NCBI RefSeq assembly: GCF_000150275.1
Contig: NW_002060947.1
Span: 7,797,880-7,861,879, forward strand
Direction: 5' to 3'
DNA length: 64,000 bases
From: Trichoplax adhaerens
Taxonomy: Eukaryota; Animalia; Placozoa
Part shown: in pieces, positions 62,888-64,000 of the stretch
Numbering within the stretch: position 1 is the stretch's first letter
How the letters are laid out: each line of letters starts with the position of its first letter
The notes under the pieces: model-generated
Databases searched by the model: none
What the model saw: the letters and a program-made list of their open reading frames with translations, nothing else
What the model was told of the DNA's origin: nothing
Position numbers and translations under genes: made by a program

Positions 62888-64000
62888 CTACATCAATCAG
62901 ATCCGAGTAGGCATCCGAAGTCATAAACAGAAATAAAATATTGGGAATTAGTTAATGAGAACAAATAAATGCAATATCTCAGTATTGTTTTATATACAGA
63001 ATTTCATGACTGAAAACTTAATTCAGGAAAGAAAATATGTACAGGATAATGGGCTTAAAATGATGTTAAAATTGCAAGAGTACCTAATACAATCACAATC
63101 GTTTAAATTAAAAATGTAATTTTCATATAATAAGGAGAAAAATGATCATCTAGTACAACACATTTAAACTGATTGCAAGAACCTAAGCAAACATACACCT
63201 TAAGTATACTTGAATACATTCGTAAAAGTAGAATTGTTCATTTGTGCGTCTTACTTAATTGATATGAGATTAACTCAATGTTAATTTATAATTTTGACTG
63301 TTCGCTTTGCGACATAGGAGTATCTTACTGACTAGTATAACAATCCACCACATCAGTATCTTTAAAGCTTAGATTGAACTGTATTAATCAATAGAAGATG
63401 ATTTGAGGAAGTGATTTCAGTAGAGAGATCCGAAATTCATTTCTGTTATCATCAACAAGCATGTTGATAATGCATTTTACAAACAGTAGGTTTACAACAT
63501 AGACGCCGTAGGTATTAACATCTTAAGCTCTCCTATTGGAAGTTGGAAATTTAGTCACCAATATACCGCATAAGTCGGCTATTTAAGCTGAATACTTTAT
63601 GGTAATAGCGTATGAATAAGGGTCTTTTAGTTATTGTAATCCAGTAATTATTGCTAGTAATTTATTCTTTACAAGCTTGATGCAAAACTCACTAGGTACA
63701 TGTCTTAGGGCATATCTGTATACTGCATGTATAAATGTAGTTGCAGTAATAGGTAAGAGAGTGAATAGTAAAGATCTTCTAATACAGCAATCGAACCTAT
63801 TTGCATTTATCTATCCTATAGCTTGTTGCGTAATGAGCGGAAGGAATTGAAGAAATGAAGATTGAAAGCTCAGTACAAAGTTCTAAGAATTGTTAGGTAT
63901 TATCTGTGAGCTAATATCGTAGTAGTGCATGCTATAGCTTCAATAAAGGGCGAAATGAAGAAATTATAATATCTCAAGCTCTTTCAAGCAAACTAAGCAC

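Noticed and set aside
63329-63353. Mini-exon ATG TGG TGG ATT GTT ATA CTA GTC A|GTAAGA (MWWIVILV) as the Eph-like signal-peptide exon
   Set aside because: Phase-compatible with exon 62887 but too short for a convincing cleavable signal peptide. The true first exon may lie beyond the window, so it was left out of the model.

Overview
AT-rich, intron-dense eukaryotic (animal) DNA. Gene content, compact GT-AG introns and base composition suggest an early-branching metazoan such as a placozoan (Trichoplax-like); this is an inference, not a database match. Five protein-coding genes could be reconstructed by hand: (1) exon 1 of a mitochondrial-clan cytochrome P450 (- strand, runs off the left edge); (2) an intronless class C GPCR (mGluR/CaSR-like); (3) a 30-coding-exon cytoplasmic isoleucyl-tRNA synthetase (~1078 aa); (4) a 13-exon ELKS/ERC/CAST active-zone scaffold homolog (~888 aa, - strand); (5) a ~26-exon - strand Eph-like receptor. 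A ~19 kb gene-poor stretch (28.7-48 kb) ends at an 82-N assembly gap. Introns and intergenic DNA carry many locally confined, diverged tandem repeats (~70-370 bp units) and at least one MITE-like inverted-repeat element. The most striking observation is gene 5. It has a complete Eph ectodomain (LBD, Cys-rich region, 2 FN3) and a TM segment, but no tyrosine kinase or SAM domain. Instead it has a ~700 aa tail with a cysteine string, a polybasic tract and an RVxF-like motif, encoded mostly by phase-1 symmetric exons. No prokaryotic features, CRISPR arrays, rRNA or tRNA were found.
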